A DNA stretch of 52,099 nt, filler included, from Stramenopiles sp. TOSAG23-2 (lineage: Eukaryota), in the NCBI GenBank assembly GCA_900128395.1. It is 3 parts of 3 records of this genome, joined end to end, with 100 filler letters (N's around TTAATTAATTAA, not from the genome) between each part and the next. Parts side by side here need not be neighbours in the genome. Positions count along the whole stretch, not along the records: positions 34,812 to 52,099 come from LT649652.1; 2 more parts are not named here. The stretch is one strand, 5' to 3'. Shown here in pieces: positions 41,186-52,099 of this stretch. The notes under the pieces are model-generated. The model searched no databases, was not told the origin of the DNA, and saw only the letters and a program-made list of their open reading frames with translations. Every line of letters starts with the position of its first letter. Position 1 is the first letter of the stretch. The position numbers were made by a program, and so were the translations under genes.

Positions 41186-44100
41186 TTACAGCGACTTAAA
41201 CAATGCACGGCTTGGTAGTACAAAACTATCTTTATCATTACCGACTTTCATCTCATCAGCATTTTTTGCCCATTCAATTGGACTTGTGCCACCAGTCCTA
41301 GTTCTTCCATCACCTCCACTTGTTTTAGGACGCATGTCACCATTCTGGCCGTCATCTTCATCTCCACCCCATGCATCTTTATCATTACCGACTTTCATCT
41401 CATCAGCATTTTTTGCCCATTCAATTGGACTTGTGCCACCAGTCCTAGTTCTTCCATCACCTCCACTTGTTTTAGGACGCATGTCACCATTCTGGCCGTC
41501 ATCTTCATCTCCACCCCATGCTTCTCGTTTCAATCCACTATTGACAACTTCATCAAATGCTAGCTGTAAAGACAAATTTTCCTCTCTCAACTTGTCCATG
41601 TTCTTCTCATGGGTTTCAACTATGGATTGGAATAATTTAAACTTTTCCATACTATTTTTTCGTTCTAAATCTTCTGCCTTTTTATTTGTTTGTAATTCCT
41701 TATCTTGAATTTCCAATTTGTGTTTTAAACTAGTCACTGTAGCTTCTAATGATTCACAACGTGCTTGTTGGTATTGCAATTGTTTCTTAGCACGTATACT
41801 GATCTTCTTCACTTTTTCTCTCGTGCTTTTTTCTATTTCAAAACGTTCCTTTGACAATGTTTCTAATTCATTATTTAAATGTTTCACCGAATCTTGAAGC
41901 GTATTCACTAATCGCTTTTGGCTGGATATTTCTAATTCTTTCTTTTCCAACTGAGAAATTAAACCGTCTTTTTCAGCTTTCAAATGGAATATTATCTCAT
42001 CACTAATATCGATTTCATTTCTTTTCTCAACCATATCTGAATTATTATTATCCATTGCAACTACGTATTTACTAGGTGAAGAAGTAGAAGAAGGTGATGA
42101 TACAGATAGTAAATTATCCGAATTATCTAGAACGGCAAGCGATGTTGAAATGTTACCATCTACGCTTAATCTGCTACTGCTATTCATCATCGATCGGCGA
42201 CTATTTGCGCCACCACCACTTTGCGGTCTTCGTCTAGATTTCTTGCCACTACTGGTATTATTACGGAAACTTCTAGTGGAACTACTTGCACTACTTGGGC
42301 GACCCATTCCACCACTACTAATAACACCAATATTGTATCTACTTCTACTATTGTGACTAGATGCGCTGCTTGGTCTCACTGATCTCCTCATTGTCATATC
42401 AACTCTGTGTAGCGTATCACTTGTCAACTCTGCTTGTTTCTTGGTCATTTCCATTACACTTTGCTCCAGTTTTCGTTTTTGTTTCACTTGATTTTCCAAT
42501 TCGCTTTGTTTCTTTGTCAATGCACTTTGGAACCATTGCAACTGTTTCATTCCTTTTTTTTCCTCATCTTTAATAGCATATAAGGCTTTGTCGTACTCCA
42601 ATTGTAAATGTGATAAATCTTGTTTTTGCTTTTCGATTATTTTACGTTGTTTCACACGATGTTCCTCACCAGTTTGTATAGTCAACTCAAGTTGCAATTC
42701 ATTTGCCGATTGCATATTAATGATTTTCTCTTTTAATTCCTCTGTTTCTCGTACCGCTTTTGCATGTTTGCCACGGGCAATTAACAATTCATGTTGGAAC
42801 TGAACATCCGATTCTCCAAGTTGCCTTGCGGCTTCTTCAGCCAATTCAACCGATCCGGTAACTACCAAGGAACCTTTAGGAGACGATATTGGACTACCAC
42901 CACCTTTAATTGGAGATTGCTTACCTCGTCGTTTCTTCCTTAAATTTTCGCGTTTCCTGCGCGCAGCTGCTTTTTTGGGCGATAGTATACGTGGGCCAAG
43001 TAATGATTTGGCCGCCACTGTATTTAAATCTTCATCTTTGTTATTATCATCCCTACCATCTTCTCCACTCAAAGCTGTTCGTAACTTTTCATCATCTTCG
43101 TCCTCGTTGAATTGAGCTTCAATTTCATCTTCTAACCCTTCCGTAGCCCATGGTGGTGCGACAGGTTTATAAACCCATTGCGGTATACCGGAAAGACTTC
43201 GACTGTCCCATCGTTTTTCTCGTTTTAACAACCATTTTTTGTGTCTGTCGGCAGCAGAATTTTTTGGAGTTAGCAGCATGCGTAATTTTTCAATTACTTT
43301 ATCACATGCTACCTGCAAACGTCTATTTGATGTTTTCTCTCGTAATTCAATACATGTCTTCATGGCATGTAAAAATTTGTCTCCAACTGGCTTCAGACTT
43401 TGGGCAAACCATAATCGCCACTGATTCCAACCAGCACGTGTAAGGCGTATTTTATTGTTCGAATTTAAATTTCTCATAATCGTTCTAACTCTTCTTCGTC
43501 TCTCACGCAGCTCATACCAAGCTTGGTATGCAGCAGACATGGCTCTTTGTTGCCATCGTTTTGCAGCCCGCTGCACTAAAAATCTATGCCTCTTTACAGT
43601 TTGAACATGTTCATACCAAGCATCATATGCACTACCCATTATCTTGTTCTTCCATTTACCAGCAGCCCTTGCAACTAAATTACGATGTCGTTTAGCCTCA
43701 TTCAACATCTCTTTCCAAGTCGAGAACGTTGATACTACGTGTTTATTTTTTAATTTGTACAAGAATCTCGTGACTTTAACTCTGTTCTCTTTTCGTTCAG
43801 AAGTGTATTCAGACCAGCGACTGTAAACTGCAGCCATTGTTTTATTTTTCCACCGTTTAGCTGCTCTTGCAACTAATTGCCGATGTCGCTTGATGGTTTT
43901 AATCTTGTCGACCCATCCATCCATTGCATTTGACAATGTTTTAAAACGCCATTTTCTCATAGTATTATTCATAATACGTTCATATCGCTTTGCAAGGTAG
44001 ACGTATTCTTTCCATTTAGACAATCCAGCATTCAAATATGAATTTAACATCTTTTTTACAACCCGTTTCATTTGTCTAGTTAATGGATCTTCCTCTAAAC

Positions 44101-47100
44101 CTTGCTCTTCTAATTTTTTCGCCGCGTAATATTTTGTTTGCCATGTAGTAAATCCTTTCACATATTGACTATTTATTAACCTTCCAATAATTCTATTTAC
44201 TAAATAACGATTGCGTATACGATCTTGAGCAGCATCATACCACCCATCAAATGCCATTGACATTTTTCTGTTTTTAGCTTTGCCTAATGTACGTTGCACG
44301 ATTATGCGGTTTCTACGCTTGACTTCTATCGCTTCTTGCCAACTATCGAATGAGGTGGCAATAATACGATTTTGCAATCGTTTCAATGCCCGTGTAACCT
44401 TTAATCGATTTGTTTTTACTTCATGAACCGCTGTATACCATCCATGCAGTGCTGCAGAGGTATACTTATGTTTCATTTTGACTAAGGTACGCTGTACTTT
44501 TACTCGATTAGTCTTTCGTTCTATCACAATTTCAGTCCATGCATCCCACGTCATAAACAAAACGCGGTGCTTCATTTTAGTGGCAGCACGTTTTAATAAG
44601 CCACGAATACGCTTTCGCTCCGCAACAGCAGTGCACCATCCATCCAAAGCTAATCCCGTCGTACGATTGCGAACCCTGCCTATTATACGTTTCATCATTC
44701 GCTCTTTTCTTTCTCTTTCTCGGCGTTCTCGTAATACTGCTTCTTCTCTTAAACGTTCTTTTTCTCGCATGCGCTTCTGATCATCGTCGCCTAGATTTCT
44801 CAATTCATATTCCCATTTTAAACGTGCCATAGCTTTTTGCCAAGTTTGCCATCCACTTGCTTGTTTTCCATATGCAAGTCGTCCAAGTGTTTTGCGTATT
44901 AAATATCGTGCACGTATTCTATATTGAACAAATTCATCCCAGGAATTGAACGTTGCTGCTAAGGCTCTGTTTTTCATTTTTCTTGCAGCTCGGTTTAGCA
45001 ATACTTTGTTTCTTAGTTTGATTTGAACACTTTCGTACCACCCTGTAAATGCTTTCCCTAATTCTCTATTTGCCCACATTTTAGCTGCACGCTTTACTTG
45101 ATTCCTTCGTTTTAGTATACCTTCTAAAAATTCATACCATGAATCAAATGCTGCGGATAGTGTCCTATGGGTTATTTTTGCAGCGGCTCGTTGCAATAAC
45201 AAATTTTCATACTGTTTTCTTTCTACCATATCGACCCAAGCATTGTATGTGGCAGCTAAGCGTCTATTTTTCATTCGCCTGCTTGCTTTTCCTACAATGT
45301 ATAGATATCTATTTTTCATCATTACATATGATTGCCAAGTTTTCCATCCAGAAAATAAAATTGAATTTTGCAACCTTCCTAAAACTTTTGCAGTTAATCG
45401 TTTCAGGCGCAATCTTTCATTTACATACTCCATCCATAAATCCCATACCATAGTTTGTCTTCTATATTTCAAACGATGCAATGCTTTTTCGACTTTTCTT
45501 CTTTGTACAATAGCAACTTTAACTTTAACCGACCAAGTTTTATATGCAGCACCAGCAACACGATTCCTCATCATAGCAACTGCTTTTTTCATACGGTATC
45601 GATTTAATTTATTTTCATCCACCATGTCTAGCCAGCTTGAATACGATGCGTTTAAACGTCTATTTTTAATACGGCGGGCCGCCCTTTGTAATATGAGCTC
45701 CATCCGCCTCATATACTTGACTGCATCCGCCCATGAGCGCCAAGCGGACAATTTTTTACCATTTACCATACGATTAAAAACTTTTCCAGCCAAAAAGCGC
45801 GCTCTTAATCTTGCATTATAATATTCTAGCCATTTTGAAAACGACATATATTGTTTACGTTTCATAACACGTTTAAGGCTGCGTTGAACTTTAATACGAT
45901 TTTTTCGCGATTGAATTGCACAATCTTCCCAACCAAAAAATGCTGCAACCAATGTTCGCTTATTTATGCGTATGGCAAAGCGTTGTAATAATTTTCGATG
46001 ACGCCGTTGCGTAGTTGCATTATCTTTCCATCTGGAGTGGGCCATTCCTAATTTTCTATTTCGCCACATTCCCATAGCCTTTTTAATATCATTTTCATAT
46101 TTTTTCATAGCATAAATGACAAATTTCCATTTGTTCATGCCTTTTAACGCGATGGAATGTTCTAGTCGTCTAAAAATTTTAAATGCGAGATATTTAAATC
46201 TCAATCGCTTATCTATGTAATCTAACCAACCTTCATACGATGCTGCAAGTTGCCTATTTTTCATTTTTGCTGCTGCGCGCATTAATAAGACTCTATTCTT
46301 TATTGTTTCCTTTACAAATCCCGTCCAAGTAGTCCATACTGTCGAGATGACTCTGTTACGTATTCTCAATCCAACTTTTAACATAATAAACTCGTTTCTC
46401 CTGATAGTCTTCACCGCATCATTCCATGTATACCACGCAGCTGCTCGTTTGTTGTTGACTATTCTACTGAAAACTCGCTGTGCTAAGCTCCGGATATATT
46501 TACGATTATTCGTATATTCAGTCCAACTATTTAATGCTGTTGCACATGTACGATTCTTAATTTTCTCTGCAGCTCTTTTTAATAACAATTTATGCCTCAT
46601 GATTTCCGACCAATAAGACAACCATGCTTCGAACGATGCAGCAATCAAACGCCTTGATATTTTTCCAGCAACGCGGCGCATAATTACTTCATGTCTCCTT
46701 CCTTCTTTCACGCTGAATTTCCATAATATTAACGCGCCATATACTTTTTGATTGCATAAGCGTGATAAGATATTTTTCATTAGCTTGCGGTTGTATTTCC
46801 TAGTTTTTACGTAAACTACCCAGCCGCGAAATGAGCCATTTAATTTTCTATTTTGCATGCGTCGGGCCGCCCTCTCTAATATTAGTTCGTGCCTTCTCAA
46901 CTCATTTGTTAAAATTATCCAAGTTTCAAATCCTTGTGCCATCTTTTGATTACATAAACGAGCCAATAAATTCCACATAAGCTGCTCCTGTCTATCCTGA
47001 AATCGTTCTAATTCTTGCATTTTTCTATCATATGCTTTCCATGTAACCATACCTTTATTTGCTAAACGATTCGATAATTGATTAAAAATTCGTTGCAACA

Positions 47101-48850
47101 ATTTTCGCTCGTGTTTAATTCTGTTGACAAAGTGTATCCATGCGTTATAAGTGACTGAAATTGCTCGATTTTGCATTTTATATGCTGCGCGTTTCAAAAT
47201 CAATTCATGCTTTGCTTTTTCATTTGTTGAATGCGTCCAAGTATTAAATGCATGAAATAAAAGCGAATTTGTCAACCGTCCAAATATACGATTTAATCGA
47301 ATTTTTAAAACATGATTTTCATGCTCTTGTAATAAAATCATCTCTAAATATTGTTCCCATTTTTTCATACCTTTTCGTAGCAATCGTCTGTATGTATGCA
47401 TGCAAATTCGCTGTAGTAAACGTTTCGTATTCGCTTTCTTCATGATGGCTTCATTCCATGTATCAAAGTCACGCCGTAACATTCGTCGCCTTACTTTACT
47501 GGCACCACGTCGCAACAGACGTTCGATTCTCGAACCACTAGTAGCTTCTGTATACCATTGGCTCCATGCCCTGTTCATTGCTCTTAGATGGTTTTTCTTC
47601 AGCACGACACATATATGTGTCAAACTGAGATAATGTATTTGGTCTTCTAAATATTCATTGCGTTCTCTTAATTCTCTGGTGACTTCTGATCCTACTGTTT
47701 TACCTTGCCATTTCTTAAATCCGTTCGAACGGTGTTTATATTTTTTTTTCATAAATATGGTCAATAACAGCTTTCTAACATATTTCCTGTTCTCCCAGTA
47801 TTCTTTCCATCGGTAATATGCCACGCCTATTGTTTTATTTTGCATGTATGCACTAGATTTTAACATTTTTCGTTTATCACTGGCACGCATTTGTAGGTAA
47901 ATTTGCCAATTGCGCCATACCTTACGAACACTTTTATTAGTAAACCAAGTTGCTGCTTTCATCATTTTTCTATGTTTACCAATAGTTCCATACACTTTCC
48001 TTTTCCACTTCTTAAAACCCCATGTAGATTCACGTTTGATGAATTGTTTTACAATTTTTTTTAATGCCTTTCTTCGGCTACGCCTGACTACATACGCCAT
48101 TTTCTTCAGGCTTTCTGCAGTTTCCTCCAACGATTTATTTAGCGCGTCTCCATGAGCTCCATGCTCCTCTTTCATTTTTTCTTCCTGAACCCGTTGCTTC
48201 TCTGCTTCGTCATCTTGGTACTTTATATGATCTTCCAATTGTTTTGTAAACTCTTTCTCCTCATTTAAGGCTGTTTTCAAACGGCCCATTAATGAAGCAT
48301 CAACTCCACCACATAACCAATGATAAAACGCCTTAGCGACACGTTTAAATAGAGCTCTGTGTAAAAACGACCTAGTAGCTGCTGCTCCCATCATTCGCCG
48401 CATTTGCTCTACCGTTTGCCCTTGCCTGCCGCCTATTTCTTTCTTTAAATCTTTCATTAGTTGATCTACCATAGCTGGATGTTTTTGTCGAAGTCTTGCT
48501 ATCCGTTGCCGGCGTGCGTGTGCTTCAGAAGATCCCATATGTCTCCTTGGATCTTTTGAATCCCCAGATGGATTCCATTTCAAAAATTTTGCGACATTAA
48601 CATTATTTGCAACACTACCTTGTGTTGATGGTCTACGTTTTGGATTTTTTACATTACTATTGGTTGACGCTCTACGGGCCACAGCGTTATTGTTTCTCTT
48701 GGAGGAGGCCGATACTTCATTTACAGTTTCTAGATCTTTCTTTGCTACCATAGCTCTTACACCACCTTGCGTAACGGGACGTTTACGTTGTTGATTATTT
48801 CGAGGTCCCGGAGACGTTCTCATCCGTCGCGGCCTATCTGGTGACGACAT
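41186..48850 (-). CDS. Giant Sfi1-repeat (centrin-binding-type) protein, 2554 aa, with C-terminal coiled coil
   Basis: Dozens of about 32-33-aa repeats with consensus close to L..RAA.KM.NR.L...F..W...V over about 43400-48040. Confidence 0.8.
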   Translation of the reverse strand: MSSPDRPRRMRTSPGPRNNQQRKRPVTQGGVRAMVAKKDLETVNEVSASSKRNNNAVARRASTNSNVKNPKRRPSTQGSVANNVNVAKFLKWNPSGDSKDPRRHMGSSEAHARRQRIARLRQKHPAMVDQLMKDLKKEIGGRQGQTVEQMRRMMGAAATRSFLHRALFKRVAKAFYHWLCGGVDASLMGRLKTALNEEKEFTKQLEDHIKYQDDEAEKQRVQEEKMKEEHGAHGDALNKSLEETAESLKKMAYVVRRSRRKALKKIVKQFIKRESTWGFKKWKRKVYGTIGKHRKMMKAATWFTNKSVRKVWRNWQIYLQMRASDKRKMLKSSAYMQNKTIGVAYYRWKEYWENRKYVRKLLLTIFMKKKYKHRSNGFKKWQGKTVGSEVTRELRERNEYLEDQIHYLSLTHICVVLKKNHLRAMNRAWSQWYTEATSGSRIERLLRRGASKVRRRMLRRDFDTWNEAIMKKANTKRLLQRICMHTYRRLLRKGMKKWEQYLEMILLQEHENHVLKIRLNRIFGRLTNSLLFHAFNTWTHSTNEKAKHELILKRAAYKMQNRAISVTYNAWIHFVNRIKHERKLLQRIFNQLSNRLANKGMVTWKAYDRKMQELERFQDRQEQLMWNLLARLCNQKMAQGFETWIILTNELRRHELILERAARRMQNRKLNGSFRGWVVYVKTRKYNRKLMKNILSRLCNQKVYGALILWKFSVKEGRRHEVIMRRVAGKISRRLIAASFEAWLSYWSEIMRHKLLLKRAAEKIKNRTCATALNSWTEYTNNRKYIRSLAQRVFSRIVNNKRAAAWYTWNDAVKTIRRNEFIMLKVGLRIRNRVISTVWTTWTGFVKETIKNRVLLMRAAAKMKNRQLAASYEGWLDYIDKRLRFKYLAFKIFRRLEHSIALKGMNKWKFVIYAMKKYENDIKKAMGMWRNRKLGMAHSRWKDNATTQRRHRKLLQRFAIRINKRTLVAAFFGWEDCAIQSRKNRIKVQRSLKRVMKRKQYMSFSKWLEYYNARLRARFLAGKVFNRMVNGKKLSAWRSWADAVKYMRRMELILQRAARRIKNRRLNASYSSWLDMVDENKLNRYRMKKAVAMMRNRVAGAAYKTWSVKVKVAIVQRRKVEKALHRLKYRRQTMVWDLWMEYVNERLRLKRLTAKVLGRLQNSILFSGWKTWQSYVMMKNRYLYIVGKASRRMKNRRLAATYNAWVDMVERKQYENLLLQRAAAKITHRTLSAAFDSWYEFLEGILKRRNQVKRAAKMWANRELGKAFTGWYESVQIKLRNKVLLNRAARKMKNRALAATFNSWDEFVQYRIRARYLIRKTLGRLAYGKQASGWQTWQKAMARLKWEYELRNLGDDDQKRMREKERLREEAVLRERRERERKERMMKRIIGRVRNRTTGLALDGWCTAVAERKRIRGLLKRAATKMKHRVLFMTWDAWTEIVIERKTNRVKVQRTLVKMKHKYTSAALHGWYTAVHEVKTNRLKVTRALKRLQNRIIATSFDSWQEAIEVKRRNRIIVQRTLGKAKNRKMSMAFDGWYDAAQDRIRNRYLVNRIIGRLINSQYVKGFTTWQTKYYAAKKLEEQGLEEDPLTRQMKRVVKKMLNSYLNAGLSKWKEYVYLAKRYERIMNNTMRKWRFKTLSNAMDGWVDKIKTIKRHRQLVARAAKRWKNKTMAAVYSRWSEYTSERKENRVKVTRFLYKLKNKHVVSTFSTWKEMLNEAKRHRNLVARAAGKWKNKIMGSAYDAWYEHVQTVKRHRFLVQRAAKRWQQRAMSAAYQAWYELRERRRRVRTIMRNLNSNNKIRLTRAGWNQWRLWFAQSLKPVGDKFLHAMKTCIELREKTSNRRLQVACDKVIEKLRMLLTPKNSAADRHKKWLLKREKRWDSRSLSGIPQWVYKPVAPPWATEGLEDEIEAQFNEDEDDEKLRTALSGEDGRDDNNKDEDLNTVAAKSLLGPRILSPKKAAARRKRENLRKKRRGKQSPIKGGGSPISSPKGSLVVTGSVELAEEAARQLGESDVQFQHELLIARGKHAKAVRETEELKEKIINMQSANELQLELTIQTGEEHRVKQRKIIEKQKQDLSHLQLEYDKALYAIKDEEKKGMKQLQWFQSALTKKQSELENQVKQKRKLEQSVMEMTKKQAELTSDTLHRVDMTMRRSVRPSSASSHNSRSRYNIGVISSGGMGRPSSASSSTRSFRNNTSSGKKSRRRPQSGGGANSRRSMMNSSSRLSVDGNISTSLAVLDNSDNLLSVSSPSSTSSPSKYVVAMDNNNSDMVEKRNEIDISDEIIFHLKAEKDGLISQLEKKELEISSQKRLVNTLQDSVKHLNNELETLSKERFEIEKSTREKVKKISIRAKKQLQYQQARCESLEATVTSLKHKLEIQDKELQTNKKAEDLERKNSMEKFKLFQSIVETHEKNMDKLREENLSLQLAFDEVVNSGLKREAWGGDEDDGQNGDMRPKTSGGDGRTRTGGTSPIEWAKNADEMKVGNDKDAWGGDEDDGQNGDMRPKTSGGDGRTRTGGTSPIEWAKNADEMKVGNDKDSFVLPSRALFKSL
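41228..41521. repeat. Exact in-frame 147-bp (49-aa) tandem duplication
   Basis: 41228-41374 equals 41375-41521. Confidence 0.9.
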
Positions 48851-49900
48851 TTTTTATCACTTTTTTATCCTTATTATATACAATAATATTATTATCAAAA
48901 TAACACAATGATATAGTTAAATTGTACAAAAATATATAATTATTCTAATTGACAGAGAAGACTTTATGGGAAAAACATAATAACGTGCAGTTATATGGTA
49001 TAATGTCTTAATTAAAAAAAGGTAGCGATTGAATGTTGTGCGTATCCTAGGTTTGCTATTTGCTATTTGTTGTAACTTAATCAATGGATTGTATTTGCAT
49101 ATATATATTTATATCAATATCAATTGAAAGTATTATTATTATTATATCATCTATTTATCATAATAATATTATTATTATTGATCGAATGACGTATACAATG
49201 GTATGTGTGTATGTCTCTTGTTAAAATTCTATGGCCAGATAAATATTAATAGCATGAAATTACAATGATGTGGCACAAGGCACAAGACGGAAAAGACGGA
49301 AGACGGAGATGCAATACTGTTGTAGATAGGCATTATGAAATGACTGATTGTACAATTTTCATTCAGAAAGTATAACATATAACATCCAAAACTCTGTTGG
49401 ATAGGTAGTGAATTCGATATTAGATTACTAACATGGTAAGAGAAAGAGTAACAGATATATCACGCAATTTATCAACTTAATCACCTGCCTCGCATTGTAT
49501 TGCTATTATACTAGTACTAGTATTATACAGTGCTAATTTAACTTCCTATTAATATTCTAACCTATAGTATAATAATAGGTAAAAGAAAAGTCTGGCAAAA
49601 AATTGAAAATCTTTATTCTGTTTTTTTCAGCATGCCTACCAGCTCTACCATTAGCATAGAAATAACACAAAAATAGCACGCACGTAGCTCTAGTTTTATT
49701 TATATGCTAATCTGTGTTTGCTGGTTGATCATCTAATTAAGACAACGACTAAACAACAAACTAATAAATTCAATAGTAAAAGCACTAAATAAAATTTTTT
49801 TTAAAATTCAGATTTTTTTAAAAAAACTAAAAATTATATCTTGCCATATAGCTTAGCACCATACATAGCTTATATTAGTTTTCCAAATATTACAACACAC

Positions 49901-51877
49901 TCAATATACATTACGTAGTAAAATATTTTCTTTCCGTAGTCTATCGTTTTCATCCACCAATCCTTTAATCTTATCAGTATATTCATCTAGTAATCCTTTC
50001 ATATCTGTAATTTGAATTTGAAATTGGCGAAATAATTCTAAATGTAAATTTTGCACATCTTTATGTACAGTTCTGGTTATATTATCGACAGCTTCATCAA
50101 GCAATTCACGTAGATCTTCATTGTTTGTCGAGGATGTTGTTGTATTATTAGTAGTGCTATCTGCAACAGTTGTTTTTTTCGTCATTGTTTCCGTTTTTTC
50201 ATATATAATTTCTCTCCTTTGATTGTTTACATTAAGTAAATTATTATTTGGGAGAATAGTTGCATGTTTATTTTCAAATACTTTATGATCTATGGATTTT
50301 CGAGGTGCTACTTCTACTACTTTTTCATCTTCTTCGTTTCTTTCTTGAAAATCGTTATTACCATTAGCAGTTGTTGTTCTCCTTGTTGTAGCTGCAAATG
50401 TGACTTTGCGGTTCTTAGTTACAGATGCTACATTTGAGGAGACCTTTAATGTTGATGGAACAATTGGATTTCTATCAAAAGACAATTCAGTGCTAGGTGC
50501 TCTTGGTACTACTTCTTCTTCCTGTTGTAAATGATATGTTTCTTTTTGTTGTGGGGGTTTTCTTGCTTTTTCTATTTCAACTATTGGTTGTTCATCTGCT
50601 ACTACGACTTTTGATATTGGTGGTTTTACTATCATTGATGGATTATTATTCTCTTGTATTCTCTTCGGTTTTTCCCTATTGACAATTGCTGGTGTTGATT
50701 CTCTTTCCCTCCGTTTCAATTTACTTTGACTTGATGTTAATTGAGATGTGATCATCGCAGTCGCAGGTTGTGCTTCAATACAACTAACTTCGACTGGTGC
50801 ATGGACATCTACATCAATTAATGGAATGGCACTTGCACCAGAACCCATGCGACGCAAATCATAGGAAAGAAAACCACCATCTGTCGTACCGACAGCAATT
50901 TGTTGACCACCTGGTAAAAACGAGCAACATGTTAATGGTGATCGTGTATGTATTTCTGTTATGACGTTACCACCACCTTCATGATCTACTAACAATAATC
51001 TCTTATCATATCCAACAGAGGCAAAAATTGATGGACTAATCGGAGAAAATGTTACTTCGCTTGTTGGTGCACTGTGTAACCCACCATATCCTTCTCGCAA
51101 TGCTCTAGTCTCTGTTTCCGTAATATCCCATATGCAAACCATACCATCCGAGCTACTGCTAGCTAATAAACGTCGATCAAGATTTGAAAACGACAGTGAT
51201 GTTGTTGAAGTGGATCTATTACTACTATTACTAAATGAATCATGCAAACTCATATCATTATGGTTTTTTGATGAAGATAAAGTTAAAGCTAATTTTCCCG
51301 TCACTACGTTATATAAAACAATTTCCCCGTTCGAGCTACCACTGCCTATGTATTTATCCCCATCACGACTGAATTCAACGCAAGTAACAGCACTTGTATG
51401 ATTTTTAAAATTTCGTATAATGGATCTTTTTTTTAGATCCCATACTTTCACTATCCTATCCGTGCCACCACAAGCTAAATATCGGGAACCTGAACTAAAC
51501 GAAACTGCATTAATTTGAGGCATAATAGTATTTGAATGTTGTTGGTGTTGTTGTTGTTGTTGTTGCATACTTGTATTATTACCATACATATTCTCATCGT
51601 TGTTATTTGACAAGGAAGACGATAAGGAATTAGAGGATGCTGACTTGTCTATTAATTGTCCTAATTTTTGTCCACTAGAATGACGCAACGTAATAGCACC
51701 ATTCTCCCCTGCACTTACTAAGACTTGACCATTATGATTAAAACGTAAGCACCTTGCACCAATTTCTTCATTAAAATGGTCTCTACCATATAATTTATTA
51801 TCCCTCCATGACCATGTTTTCACACCATCATTACCACTAGTTGCAAGTATTAAAGATCGTTCTGACATTGTTTTCAA
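49901..51877 (-). CDS. NEDD1: NEDD1/GCP-WD, gamma-tubulin ring complex targeting WD40 protein
   Basis: N-terminal WD40 propeller (SRYLACGG..VKVWDLK, FASVGYDKRL) and C-terminal coiled coil VHKDVQNLHLELFRQFQIQ..LVDENDRLRKEN. Confidence 0.9.
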   Translation of the reverse strand: MKTMSERSLILATSGNDGVKTWSWRDNKLYGRDHFNEEIGARCLRFNHNGQVLVSAGENGAITLRHSSGQKLGQLIDKSASSNSLSSSLSNNNDENMYGNNTSMQQQQQQHQQHSNTIMPQINAVSFSSGSRYLACGGTDRIVKVWDLKKRSIIRNFKNHTSAVTCVEFSRDGDKYIGSGSSNGEIVLYNVVTGKLALTLSSSKNHNDMSLHDSFSNSSNRSTSTTSLSFSNLDRRLLASSSSDGMVCIWDITETETRALREGYGGLHSAPTSEVTFSPISPSIFASVGYDKRLLLVDHEGGGNVITEIHTRSPLTCCSFLPGGQQIAVGTTDGGFLSYDLRRMGSGASAIPLIDVDVHAPVEVSCIEAQPATAMITSQLTSSQSKLKRRERESTPAIVNREKPKRIQENNNPSMIVKPPISKVVVADEQPIVEIEKARKPPQQKETYHLQQEEEVVPRAPSTELSFDRNPIVPSTLKVSSNVASVTKNRKVTFAATTRRTTTANGNNDFQERNEEDEKVVEVAPRKSIDHKVFENKHATILPNNNLLNVNNQRREIIYEKTETMTKKTTVADSTTNNTTTSSTNNEDLRELLDEAVDNITRTVHKDVQNLHLELFRQFQIQITDMKGLLDEYTDKIKGLVDENDRLRKENILLRNVY

Positions 51878-52099
51878 ATTACCTTAGTATATATTACTTA
51901 GTATATATTAAGTGAAGAATATTCAACCACAAGAAAGGTGGTGGAGGGGGGGATAGGGAGAGAGAAAGAAAGAGAGAAAGAGAAGTACCTTTTGTGTACG
52001 TTATAGATATACATAAAGTGTGTTTTTCTCATACATATACACAATCTATTCAAACAAAAATTCAATTTTTTTTTGTTGTATTTTAATTTATTTATATAT

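Noticed and set aside
41228-41521. 49-aa C-terminal protein repeat as a real domain duplication
   Set aside because: 100% nucleotide identity and the same size class as the other artefact-like duplications; being in frame is probably chance.

Overview
AT-rich, gene-dense, nearly intron-free DNA from a unicellular eukaryote, probably a flagellated protist (inferred from NEDD1 and Sfi1-type proteins; the taxon cannot be fixed from this window). The window is three contigs joined by artificial 100-nt spacers (N44-TTAATTAATTAA-N44 at 17310-17409 and 34712-34811), so adjacency across the spacers means nothing. Contig 1 has HSBP1, a motif-rich intergenic island with a long RNA-like hairpin, a 2387-aa coiled-coil/Sfi1-like protein and a DEK1-like multi-pass membrane calpain with a long ER/K helix. 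Contig 2 has an orphan ORF pair, FTCD with a mitochondrial-type presequence, a U-box-Beclin1/ATG6 fusion with no ATG, a CSDE1/UNR-like protein, BOP1, an HGH1-TPR-prefoldin-1 triple fusion and an SDR. Contig 3 has PIG-Y, an LRRC61-like gene, a membrane-anchored AA12-like PQQ dehydrogenase, a PSI/fibrinogen-like protein, a 2554-aa Sfi1-repeat protein and NEDD1. Six tandem duplications of 75-248 bp look like assembly or haplotype artefacts; three of them frameshift genes. The best leads are the HGH1-TPR-PFDN1 fusion (a possible single-chain eEF2-folding adaptor), U-box-Beclin1, the membrane calpain, the hairpin at 2085-2245 and a dispersed intergenic motif family. All protein calls come from recognising motifs by eye; no searches were run.
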